NCBI GenBank assembly: GCA_023515795.1
Contig: JALGPX010000002.1
Location: 124,001-188,000 of the forward strand
Origin: Amoeboaphelidium occidentale
Lineage: Eukaryota
Direction of reading: 5' to 3'
Length of the DNA: 64,000 nt
Shown here piece after piece: positions 50,834-61,355 of this stretch (positions are counted from its first letter, which is position 1; the number at the start of each line of letters is the position of its first letter). The notes below the pieces were generated by a model. The model ran no database searches and was not told the origin of the DNA. It was given only the letters and a program-made list of their open reading frames with translations. Both the position numbers and the translations under genes were made by a program.

Positions 50834-52788
50834 TCATTTAGATTTACAAGTAATATCTTTGCATAATTCAATCAATAAATTCCATAATTCTGCTTCTTTC
50901 AAGTAATATCCTGTCCAGCAGGAGAGAATTTCATTCAGTAGTCTGAAGTGCATGATGCCTTTTGACGAGCTGCGTTTCAGAATGATATCTTTACGAACGT
51001 GCCTTGCTAAATATTCATCGCATTCTTTCAACGGTACAGCATGAACATCATTCTTGTAGAGTATGTTAATCCATCCTTCGTTACTGGATTCTGAAGACCA
51101 TGAAGGCAGTGGAGTAGGATGAGAAGCACCAAACCAAGGCAAAGGATTTGCAATGCTCAAGAAATATTTCAGCTTCAAACCAGAACCTTTCCCAAAGATC
51201 TCTGCAGCAGTGGGAATATTCAACTCGTCTTGTAACTTTCCAAGAGCAAGTGCCGATACAAGTGCTCCTGTTGTGTATGCAATTATCATTACTATTGCGC
51301 TTGTATTCCGATATTCATTAGATAAGGAATTCAAAACCTTTTGGAATCCATCATGTATCTTAGTTCGAACATAATGCTCCGCCCAATAAGATAATGCTAT
51401 AGGAAATCTGCATAGAATTTGATGTCGACCATAGGAATAGATGGAACTTACAGGATCTAATCCTTTCGTGCGAATCTCATTATCCTTCGACATCAATAAA
51501 TCATATCGAAGAAGGTGTAGATCAAAAGTAATGTTCTTTTTTGAAGCCTTCGCTAGCTGTTCCATACTACTACTCAAACCAATTTTTACTTGCTCGATTT
51601 CGGAATCGATTTGAGAAGCAGTAGACATTCCATGCACATACACAAAGACAAAACGTTGTTCTTTTGCGGCACTATCTGAGATGATCGTTCTGGTATAAAC
51701 TTTTTCAATCGAAACTGCTTCCTCATCTTTATCCCAAGGTGAAACAGGCGATCGAAGCATAGGGACTTTTTCATTGAAGTCCATGTTTTCCTTTATCTCA
51801 GAGGCCATAGTTTTGTACACATCATCATCGTAGAAATACATAAAATGACTAAACGGTGTTATTCGCCCTATGAAAATCAGCAAGAACGTCACCATACTTT
51901 TGAATAGCCCAAACAGCACTTGAATAACCGAAAACACACTCACAGACTTCAGCTTCTTGGTATATTGCGTGATCTCGTTCATATCTGGCATGAATCCAAA
52001 CTCAACATCTTTCACATGAGCAACTTCCTCACCTTGAACGCTAATACCACTCGAGAGAATATCAGAAGTGTAATGAATATTAGTCCAAGGTATCTGAACT
52101 TTCCTATGAAATGGCCTAATAGGATGATGCCAATTGACAGCACAACCAAGGGTGATCAACAGCTTGAACTGTTGCAACAACAAACGCCCTTCCAAAGTGA
52201 AACCATCTTGACACTCTGATTGCAAATAATTAGTTAAAAATTCCACACCCAGCGTAGCACCCATGCTAAAACCAACCAAAACAAAAGAAATATCATCATC
52301 ATCGCTACTTTGAGAAGAGTCTTGCATCATTTCCTGTCCAAGTTCGTTCACAGTTTCAATAACATGATGAAACATATCCTGNNNNNNNNNNNNNNNNNNN
52401 NCAAAACAAAAGAAATATCATCATCATCGGTACTTTGAGAAGAGTCTTGCATCATTTCCTGTCCAAGTTCGTTCACAGTTTCAATAACATGATGAAACAT
52501 ATCCTGTCGAACGCTCTCCGAACCCCAAAACGAAAGGCCCATATTCAGAACCCTTAAAGGAAGCATTCTAAGGATTGTTTTCCAGTCTAGCCAACTGTAC
52601 TTGAGTCTTTTACACATTTTTAACTGACGGTCCTCATGCAAGCGAGCATAATTAACATACTTCACAACAACCTTCAGGTCTGAGCCTTCAAACTCTTTTC
52701 TTATTTGCTTCTCAAAGTGCTTATTAACAATATCAACCTGATCAGCAAAGCTTAGTCCGTGCAAGAACAAAACACCAATCTGTTTCAT
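50834..52788 (-). CDS. Protein with two tandem alpha/beta-hydrolase-like (lipase/PA-PLA1-like) domains (spans assembly gap)
   Basis: Domain 1: LFLHG...VGFSMG...ITLG...WTNIHYTSD. Domain 2: VYVHG...IAYTTG...SIANP...WINILYKND. Confidence 0.65.
52276..52507. repeat. Gap-flanking near-identical duplicate (probable assembly overlap)
   Basis: About 105 bp repeated on both sides of N run 52382-52401, with a SNP. Confidence 0.85.
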
Positions 52789-52833
52789 CTCGAAGAGCAA
52801 GAAAACATTCGAACTGACAGAGGCATTTTATTT

Positions 52834-52959
52834 AAGCGTACAAGACGCAGCAAAATATCGCGTATAAAGACGGAAGTACCTCATTGCGCTTTAAGCAAGC
52901 AGTGGACCCAGCATCTCTGTGGGGCCAAGACCTTCTGCTAAATCATTTGGAGCACCAAA
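52834..52959. repeat. 126-bp direct repeat, copy A
   Basis: AAGCGTACAAGACG...TTTGGAGCACCAAA, identical to 55171-55296 except one base (CCTTCTGC vs CCTTTTGC). Confidence 0.97.
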
Positions 52960-53160
52960 AATAATACCTCAATCCAGACCTCTAACTTGCCGATCAAGTA
53001 GAAATACATCAATATCCGCAAATCAAAAACCCATAGGACACTGGACGGGGTATATCAGCAAAAAGTTTGATTTGGATTCCGTGGAAATGAAACGAATCGT
53101 ATTGCACATAAACGCCCAATCAAGTGGACTCTTGTGAAACGGTGCCTTTGATTTTATTCG

Positions 53161-54957
53161 ATGAATCAACGGCTACCGAAAGAAGGGTTATTGGAATTCT
53201 TGCGCAAATTGAAACCAGAACCATCTGATCTAATTGAAGAATTGAACGCTGATTATGAGTTTACCGTTGGTAAGTGGATAGAGCGCTCAGAAGAAGGCTG
53301 GTTGCGACGCTATCCAAACTACGGAGACGACATCTACAATCACATCAAGGCAAAAATAGGACGACAAGCAGGCTCCGTTCCACCTGATAGTATCGCTCTG
53401 GCTGCTGGTATACCACATAACGGATATCTCTTGAGAACTGCTGTTTCTGCATTAGATCCCGATACAAATGAAGGTGTCCCTGGGACATTCAATACACAAA
53501 GAAAGGAACTAGTTGATAGTATTTTACATCTTATGGAACGTAAAGGATTGTTCTACATCAGGGCGCCTCCATTCTGCGGGAAAACGGGCCTTTGTCAATT
53601 GTTATGCATGCGACTACTCGAAGCCGAGCCTGGTGCCGCTGTTTTACATATTAGATGTAATGAATTGGATGAAGGTGAAAGCTTTCGCGAATTTTTCAAA
53701 AGAAAGTACAAATGCGCGTGGGAGGATTTTGTGGAACAACCATTCAAAAAGTATTTGTTGTTGGATGAAGGGCAGTGCACATATGCTGATATCTGGCTGT
53801 GGAAAACGCTGTGCAAGAATCAGTTATCACGGATTGAAAAAGGCCTGCACTTACTAGTAGCGTCCGCCTATGGTAGCTTTGACTCACTCAGGGCACGAAG
53901 GCGTTCCGGAACCCCAATACAAATTCCTGCCCAGAACATGTTTGAGTTAAAAGATCTTATTTTAAAGAGAACAGAGTTTAATGAGATGGTTTCTGGGAGT
54001 CGTTTTGAACAACATTCTGATATAATTTGGCAAGCTTGTGGTGCTCATATAGGTGTAGCTTCAAGAATCTTAATCACGCTTAATCACAACCGCCGGCCTA
54101 ATGAACAATTTACTCCTAATTACATTGCTAACTGGTTATACTCTGATAGTATGATCCGCTCGTTGCCTGCACAAAGAGGTTTTATCGATATGCCAGCAGT
54201 CGAAACTATCAAAACGATTTATGAGATTTCTGATGCGGCATACTCGCGAATGCTTAATGTTTTACGAGAGGTAGCTGAAGGCAAAGACGTCCCTACTAAG
54301 GATCCTGATCGGTCGCCTGGAAGCAAAGAAGCCGTGACCATTTTGCTGAAGCATGGGTTTCTATTCGACACATCGGAAGGATTTCTGACATTCGCTTCCA
54401 ATGCGCACTTGAATTTCTGGTTGGCTTCCTTTCGCACTGATAGCAGCATTTGGTTCTTTGATTCTGGTGACATCGTATCATTTGTAGTCGAATCCGTTTC
54501 CCGTATGAGCAGGAAGCTATTATCTGACGTTGTTAAAGAAAATCATGGTCGTAGTCGTGAGAGACAAATCCATGCTGTTTACTATAATGCGGTAACTTCT
54601 TTAGTTCCCAAGAAGCACCGAGTGGTTACCGAATGGCAAACTACCGACCGTGATGGTTATGTTGACATAGTGATAAGGATCAGCGACTCCGATTTATGGT
54701 TCCTGGAGTTGTTGGTTGATGGAGAGCGAGCCCAGCAGCACAATGACCGCTTTGAATCTTATGGTAATTATTCAAAAGATGTCCAGGCTTACGGTGGAAA
54801 GTATGCTCTGATTGATTTTCGCTTAACTACCCGTATTAAAAAAAGAAGGACGGATTTCGTTTATGTTACGTTTTCAGAGAATTACAAGAATGCGACAATA
54901 CAGTATGGCACATCTGAATCTAACTCTTCCACCATTACAAGAGAATTGAATGAATAG
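53161..54957 (+). CDS. Crinkler/RHS-type effector: helical header, AAA+/P-loop NTPase and PD-(D/E)xK restriction-endonuclease-fold domain
   Basis: Walker A IRAPPFCGKT, Walker B LLLDEGQ, C-terminal ERQIH...VVTEW...GYVDIVI...WFLELLVDG...HNDRF...YALIDF. Intronless. Confidence 0.8.
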   Translation: MNQRLPKEGLLEFLRKLKPEPSDLIEELNADYEFTVGKWIERSEEGWLRRYPNYGDDIYNHIKAKIGRQAGSVPPDSIALAAGIPHNGYLLRTAVSALDPDTNEGVPGTFNTQRKELVDSILHLMERKGLFYIRAPPFCGKTGLCQLLCMRLLEAEPGAAVLHIRCNELDEGESFREFFKRKYKCAWEDFVEQPFKKYLLLDEGQCTYADIWLWKTLCKNQLSRIEKGLHLLVASAYGSFDSLRARRRSGTPIQIPAQNMFELKDLILKRTEFNEMVSGSRFEQHSDIIWQACGAHIGVASRILITLNHNRRPNEQFTPNYIANWLYSDSMIRSLPAQRGFIDMPAVETIKTIYEISDAAYSRMLNVLREVAEGKDVPTKDPDRSPGSKEAVTILLKHGFLFDTSEGFLTFASNAHLNFWLASFRTDSSIWFFDSGDIVSFVVESVSRMSRKLLSDVVKENHGRSRERQIHAVYYNAVTSLVPKKHRVVTEWQTTDRDGYVDIVIRISDSDLWFLELLVDGERAQQHNDRFESYGNYSKDVQAYGGKYALIDFRLTTRIKKRRTDFVYVTFSENYKNATIQYGTSESNSSTITRELNE

Positions 54958-55170
54958 TAATAAAGAAATATCCAAATGCCATAAACGAAAAGAAACTGAC
55001 CGATCAAAGACTCTCGCAACACTTGCATGAGAGAACTACATAGAGGGCTACGGTAATAAGATCTTAAGCTCTATCTGACTACATTTTTTTGAAGTATCAG
55101 ATGGTAAAGGTTGAATGGCAACTTGGGTGACCGGCGAATCAACGGAGAACACCAACAAGGGCATTTATTG

Positions 55171-55296
55171 AAGCGTACAAGACGCAGCAAAATATCGCGT
55201 ATAAAGACGGAAGTACCTCATTGCGCTTTAAGCAAGCAGTGGACCCAGCATCTCTGTGGGGCCAAGACCTTTTGCTAAATCATTTGGAGCACCAAA
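55171..55296. repeat. 126-bp direct repeat, copy B (3' end and 3' UTR of the minus-strand gene ending at 55228)
   Basis: Matches 52834-52959 at 125/126 positions; offset 2337 bp. Confidence 0.97.
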
Positions 55297-56016
55297 CATT
55301 TCTTTCAAACTTTTCACACTGAAGTAACTCACGCTCTTGTCTTCTTTCCGAGGATCATTTGGTGTTTTAACAATATCAAATAATACACCATAACGATTAG
55401 AAGTAGAACTGTTGTACCAGTCAGCACGTATTGTGTCCTTCTTTATGATCACCACATCCCCGCGATTGTAAGTAACTTTCTCAAGCTTCTTAGTGCTCTT
55501 GTTGAACACCACCAAAGTACTTTCTGATTCCAGACCACCGAATACTACATAACCTGCCCTTTTTACGCTGTCACTGTGAAGTCTTTCAGCAAGAGTGCCT
55601 GGTGCAGACTCTAGATATGTCAGGGTGTGCTCCCAACCTTCTTCTGCTGGATACAACTCTTTCATTACAGATACCAACTTATCTAACTTGGGGTAAAGAC
55701 CCTTTCTATAAACGCTTTCTTCAGAAACATTATAGTAACTTCGGCCATGTGGAGGTTGAACAACAATGAAATCTTCTTCATATGGAATTGTGTCTCTTAG
55801 ATTTAACTACCTTTTGTATGTAGACTCGACCATAGTTCTTAATACCTTCTTAACCACTATGTAATCCTTGTCGTTCTGTTCAAGATCTTCTATCGCAGGT
55901 CTTACTATGTGCACCGCTGATCTCGCCTGGCGCTTCCTATCTCTATCGTACACTCTCAATGCCACAATTTGCTCTGCCGTTTTATTTCTGTAATTTTTTG
56001 ATACTCTCTTTGACAT
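55228..56016 (-). CDS. Hypothetical protein with basic N-terminus and a possible degenerate cupin/2OG-dioxygenase fold
   Basis: ORFs 55807-56025 and 55228-55677 share a frame, separated by a single TAG that a 39-nt GTATTA...GTAG intron would remove. Motifs LHSD and YNRGDVVII...N...R. Confidence 0.45.
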
Positions 56017-56135
56017 GACGAACAATGTTTACAAGAGTTTGGGATGAAACAACTTGATAGCGCAGAGAAAACAGGCTCGGGTTGAACATTCTAATGCGAT
56101 TTTATGAATTACTCGACTTCATATACTTGAAACGG

Positions 56136-57251
56136 TTATTTTTCTATTAGGGCTTGCAGAACGTCGTTGACGTGCTTGTGGGAGGAACTATCCCGAAATT
56201 GTTTTGAGATCGTAGGACTTAGTAGCGATAGTATATGGCAAGTATGAGTACTCTCGTTGCATAAGAATAGCTTCGACTCAACATTCTTGCTCTTCAATGC
56301 TTCATAAAAATTAATGCTTTGACTCGCAGGTACTGTTTGATCATTCAAACCATGAACCAAATGAACTTTGCAAGAGAGATTATCCGAGATGTTATAAAGT
56401 GGCGATGCTTCAATAAAGTCTTCCTCGGTATTGCGCATTAACCTTCCCATAGCACTAATCTCTTCAACACCACGCGAGGTTTCATACTCAAAATGCTGCG
56501 AAATATCATAAACACCACCGATTAAGAGTAAGCCTTTGACACGAAATTCAGAACCCTTACTCGAAGAGCTTAAGAAGCATTGAGCCGCTAAATGAGCTCC
56601 AGCAGAATGAGCAATAACATGGAACTTGTCGGAATCGCCATTATAACTGTTACAGTTGTGTAATGACCATTTCATAGACTTGAGAATGTCTTGCAGCATG
56701 TCTTTAAGCTCAGTCACTACAGGGAACAATCTGTACTCTGGAATTATCACGGTGTAGCCTTGAGAGGCCAAGTGAAACCCAATGGAACGATATAGAGCTT
56801 TGGACCCGCTCATCCATGCGCCACCATACAAAAACATAATGACAGGACTTTTAGTTGAACCTTCATTCCAGAACACATCCATCTCCGGAAACCCTTCTTG
56901 TTTTACGGTCTTGCTAAAAATCAGAAGGTTATGTGCTATTGAATCTTACTGCTGCGCCACTTTAGAACAGTACTCATATTTGATATAATCATACAAAACT
57001 CTCCAGTAATCCATATCCACGTACATTGATAAGCTCTCGACCAGGGCCTTGTTAATTAGGAGCACCCTCTTGAATCCATAAGGTAACTTTAAAAGCACAC
57101 CAGAATTCGTTTGAGCATACACCAGATACACAAGACTCGCATTGATAAACATCATAATCATCACAGGAACACATAAAAATAAAGAAGATATAATGGAAAA
57201 GTGCAGCATAAAGGAAGCTGAAGTCGATACGAATTTCTTGACAAAAACCAT
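56136..57251 (-). CDS. Carboxylesterase, isoprenylcysteine methylesterase (ICME)/BD-FAE-like, 2 exons
   Basis: N-terminal TM, FLYGGAWMSGSK, YRLFP, AHSAGAHL, GVYDISQHFEYETSRGVEEISAM, HGLNDQTVP. Intron near 56916-56948. Confidence 0.85.
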
Positions 57252-57360
57252 CCAATAGTGCCCGATGGACTCTTTTAAGAGGACAGAGGGTGTAAAGACA
57301 TGGACTCGCGTTTTTTTCAGGGGTACGAATGGCGTGATTCTTTTGGTTCATTTGCTGATG

Positions 57361-57924
57361 GGCGTTCAACTTTTAGGTTTCGAATAGATTTCATATTTTC
57401 ATATACAAAGCGTATCTGTTGCATCCTTAGGTAGATCTATTTGTTTCTTATACTTTCCATTCTTAACTATCTTCTTTCATCTTGCCGTTTCAAGTAGCGC
57501 GGCGTGAAGGGCGCAGAAGAACCTAGGCAAATTTACCAGAGCAGTTGATTTTTTACATTTAAAAGTGACTGCTGATATCAAATCGTCCGTGTTCTGTAAA
57601 CAGTGATCATCTATCTCCGGTTTTCGCTTTCTACNTGATTTTGTGATTGGCGTTCAACTTTTAGGTTTCGAATAGATTTCATATTTTCATATACAAAGTG
57701 TATCTGTTGCATCCTTAGGTAGATCTATTTGTTTCTTATACTTTCCATTCTTAACTATCTTCTTTCATCTTGCCGTTTCAAGTAGCGCGGCGTGAAGGAC
57801 GCAGAAGAAAACAAAGCAAAACTTATCAGCACTGCTGATTTTTTACATTTAAAAGTGACTGCTGATATCAAATCGTCCGTGTTCTGTAAACAGTGATCAT
57901 CTATCTCCGGTTTTCGCTTTCTAC
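57361..57924. repeat. About 275-bp tandem duplicate around a single N, with one divergent patch
   Basis: 57361-57634 repeats at about 57649-57924; N at 57635. Confidence 0.8.
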
Positions 57925-59186
57925 AGTTTGGTTGCGGTTGATTAAACAATCGCTAAGAGCGTTGTTTCAGCTGTGTGAATGCTTAGCAATCTTGGCTCAA
58001 TTAGCTGTCTGTCTATGCAGTATTGTAGAACAAAAACGATGATCTAAGAGATTCAAATGTAATGCAAGCTTGTGTGCGCGACATAGAGCTTCATGCAACA
58101 ATTGCCACTGTAAATTAAAGGCTGACTGTGGCTCATGTATTTACAATTTCGTGCCAGTGCTACTTAGTATGCTGGTCTCCCTTGATATGATGATGTATGC
58201 CCTTTCCTGCTGTAATTGGTTGGATGGCTAAAGTGCTCTGCGATCATCTCGTGGCGATACCATCACTGAAACAACCGAAAATTCTATGATGACACCCAAT
58301 GTTATTTCATTAAACAAGCAGGAAAAATGATCATGGAAAGAAGAATAAAATAATACATGTCTATTGAACGCCCAGAGATTTCATCCAAGGTTTTTCGTGC
58401 TGAAACAATTGAGCGTATTGTACAATATTCCATCATCGAACAAAGAAACACCTGATAGAAAACGATCTTTATTTGCTCTCCCCAATTATTCAACCCTCGG
58501 TGGAATTGTAATACGAGGTCAACCTTTACCTGAATCTCCAGTTATCATCAGTTAACTCTGATACGCTTGAATGGATGATGATAGCTCTGTAAAATCCAAT
58601 AAAAATATGCTTTAGCAGCTACTGCAAGTGTGATCATAGTGAAGAATCAATTAGTAGTAGTAAAGCAGGCGTGTCTGAAGCGTTAAATTGAAATCCTTTC
58701 AAAGGTTAATGTTTACAGGGCCGCTGGCCCTGTCTTTCTACAACTAATTTAACAAAACTTCTTATCTGCGAGAACTTTCGTGGTATACAGTAAATCTTGG
58801 GGTCAATATAACTCCACGCATTATCGCTCTCTTTTTGTTGCTAGAAGAGTATCGCTGCGCTCAGCTTTATTCATAAATACAACAGATGCCTGATACTCTC
58901 GGATGAACTTATAAAGTGTTGGAATGTCCACAGAAAGCCTTGCTTTGTGCGACATCTTTGCCTTATTTCAATGCAGATTCGTCACCTCATTGCAACTCTA
59001 GTAATCACAATATATCTCCTTATGATTTCACAAATAAAAACGTCCATCGGACTTCGTGTAGCAATGAAGAGCGCATTCGATGCGTGCTGAAGCGTCTACC
59101 GCTAGTATAAATCGCCAACCGAAATCACGATGATCGGCTCAACAAATTTTTTCTATTCAAACGAAAGTTTAACACACAAAAAGAAA

Positions 59187-60153
59187 ATGGTACGCTTTAA
59201 TGGACCATCTGAGATTCTAATACGTTCTCTGTAGCCTGGATATTTGCCTAAAGTTTACAGCAGAAAGAAGAGAGTACGTGCTTTGCTTTAGAGGCCCTGA
59301 TCGTGTTGCTAATGATGAGCCTTTTATTTCTGACACCTCTTGTTTGAGTACTGTCGTACAATGAACTTGGCATACCCGGCCTTATGGGGTCTGAGCGCAA
59401 CACGGCCTCTTTTGTCTGAGGAACTTGATCTAACTTTTGTAGTTTGTCGCTGATGGTGTCTTCTACGCTGAAGTTAATGAATTCTTCACTCGTGAATTGG
59501 CTGAAGACGGTTATGCCGGTGTTGAAGTCAGAGTTACTCCTTCAAGAACTGAAATTGTTATCCGTGCTACACGTACTCAGCGTGTTTTGGGTGAAAAGGG
59601 TCGTCGTATCCGTGAATTGACCTCTTTGATCCAAAAGAGATTTGGTTTCGCTGAAGGACAGGTTGAATTATTCGCTGACAGAGTTCTTAACCGTGGTTTG
59701 TGTGCTATGGCTCAGGCTGAATCCCTTCGTTACAAATTGTTGGGTGGTTTGGCTGTTCGTCGTGCTTGCTACGGTGTCTTGCGTTATGTCATGGAATCTG
59801 GCGCAAAGGGTTGTGAAGTTGTTGTTTCTGGTAAATTGAGAGGTGCTAGAGCAAAGTCTATGAAGTTTGTTCAGGGTTTCATGATCCACTCTGGTCAGCC
59901 AAAGCGTGACTTCATTGACTACGCTGTCAGACACGTCTTGTTGAGACAAGGTGTTTTGGGTGTTAAGGTCAAGATCATGAAGGATACTGACGAAGAAGGA
60001 AAGGTTGGACCTAAGCATCCTTTACCTGACTCTGTTACCATTTTGGATCCAAAGCCAGAAGAGAACTACCAGACTGTTATTCAATCTGAAGATCTAAGTG
60101 GAAGCGCTCCTGCTCCTGGTGCCCCAGCTGCTGCTGCTCCTGTTCAGGTTTAA
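59187..60153 (+). CDS. RPS3: 40S ribosomal protein S3 (3 exons)
   Basis: ATG 59187-59189, intron 59190-59234, exon [13 protein letters not shown] 59235-59273, intron 59274-59442, then [10 protein letters not shown]...[11 protein letters not shown]...[10 protein letters not shown]. Confidence 0.98.
59302..59404 (+). ncRNA. Intronic box C/D snoRNA
   Basis: Box C ATGATGA 59312-59318, D' CTGA 59330-59333, box D CTGA 59391-59394. Terminal stem CGTGTTGC (59302-59309) / GCAACACG (59397-59404). Lies in the unusually long 169-nt RPS3 intron. Confidence 0.88.
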
Positions 60154-61355
60154 ATGAAATAAATGGGGGATTTTCACTTAAAATTTTTTTGTGATATGCA
60201 AACTTTTTGCAAAATCGAGCTCACGAAGTTCGAGTTAGCTGGTCAGCGAGTCCGAGTTAGCTCCTCACGCGAGAAAACGTAATAAAAACACTCGGAAAAG
60301 TCCTCTTACCTTCTTTTATTGTTTCTATCGGGCTAACGGTCGATTAAAATTATGATATTGCACAATGAACAGCCGTTCAAAGTCACGATTTCGCTGATAC
60401 TACAGCCCTGAGACGTAACTGGTGACTTGGAACTTCAGATATGCTCCGATTTATCAGGCTGAGCTGTTTCAAGGTCATATTGGAGAGATCGAATGTTCTG
60501 TGTGGAGTACACGCTATTGGAACCCGACTATAATTTGAAACTCTTTGTGAAGCCTTGTTTCAGTGAATGTTTCAGGCAAGGACATGCAAGGATGAGAGTG
60601 TAATTGGTGTAAAGATGAGTTCTGGTGCCTTTTCATACTCTTTATTGATAGGTTGTTTGAATGCGTCTCCGATTTACTGCGTAGAATAGGAAATGGATCA
60701 GATCTCCCTTAGGCCAATTTCTACAGATTTTGTCCTAAGAGAAATCTTTCGATTGGATATATAGAGATTGGAAATTAATGAAACCACTACAGCACGCCCA
60801 CTACAGGAGTAGCAGGCATTAATGCAAGATGATTTCGACGCACTTTGTTCAGGGTATGCATGACATTTAAGCTTGAAACTCTTTATTGAATAGATTCTCA
60901 TTGCATTGCATTCCCCAAAGTACTGTCATTAGCCAGTAAATCAATTGAAACTTAGTCTTTCGTATTCAATGTAGTCAATTGCACTTCTCGAGTCTCATTT
61001 AACCCGCTCTCTAACTTCACGCTCTCCGTCTGACAGATGAAACCAAATACCACCGGATCTTGGTGAAGACGAAATGCGACAAGCGAATACGTTCCGATTC
61101 GTCCATTTGGATTAAGTTATAGACATTGACAGACTTGGCACGAAGAATGTCTACATTTTCTGTTGGACTCTTTCAGTGATCAGTTTAGCGATTAGGTCAA
61201 ATATCACACCTCAACACCACTTTAAATTGAATCAACAAGGCTAGTGTAACCGGCTTTGAAACGCAAATAAATATCATATTCGTACGTTTCTATCATGCGT
61301 CTTTCCTGCTATAGCTTGTTTGGGTGATCTTCGGTTTCAGGCTTGTTTTGTAACA

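Noticed and set aside
52834..55296. The 126-bp repeats as LTRs of a retroelement
   Set aside because: No TG...CA termini, no gag or pol between them, and the repeat is the 3' end of a neighbouring gene.
57950..59150. Genes in the region upstream of RPS3
   Set aside because: Only short, stop-interrupted frames with no recognisable domain; possibly pseudogene debris, but not supportable.
281..60018. Many short antisense or overlapping ORFs in the track (e.g. 1998-2315, 22505-22948, 59668-60018)
   Set aside because: They are shadows of well-supported genes on the other strand or frame, with no recognisable motifs.
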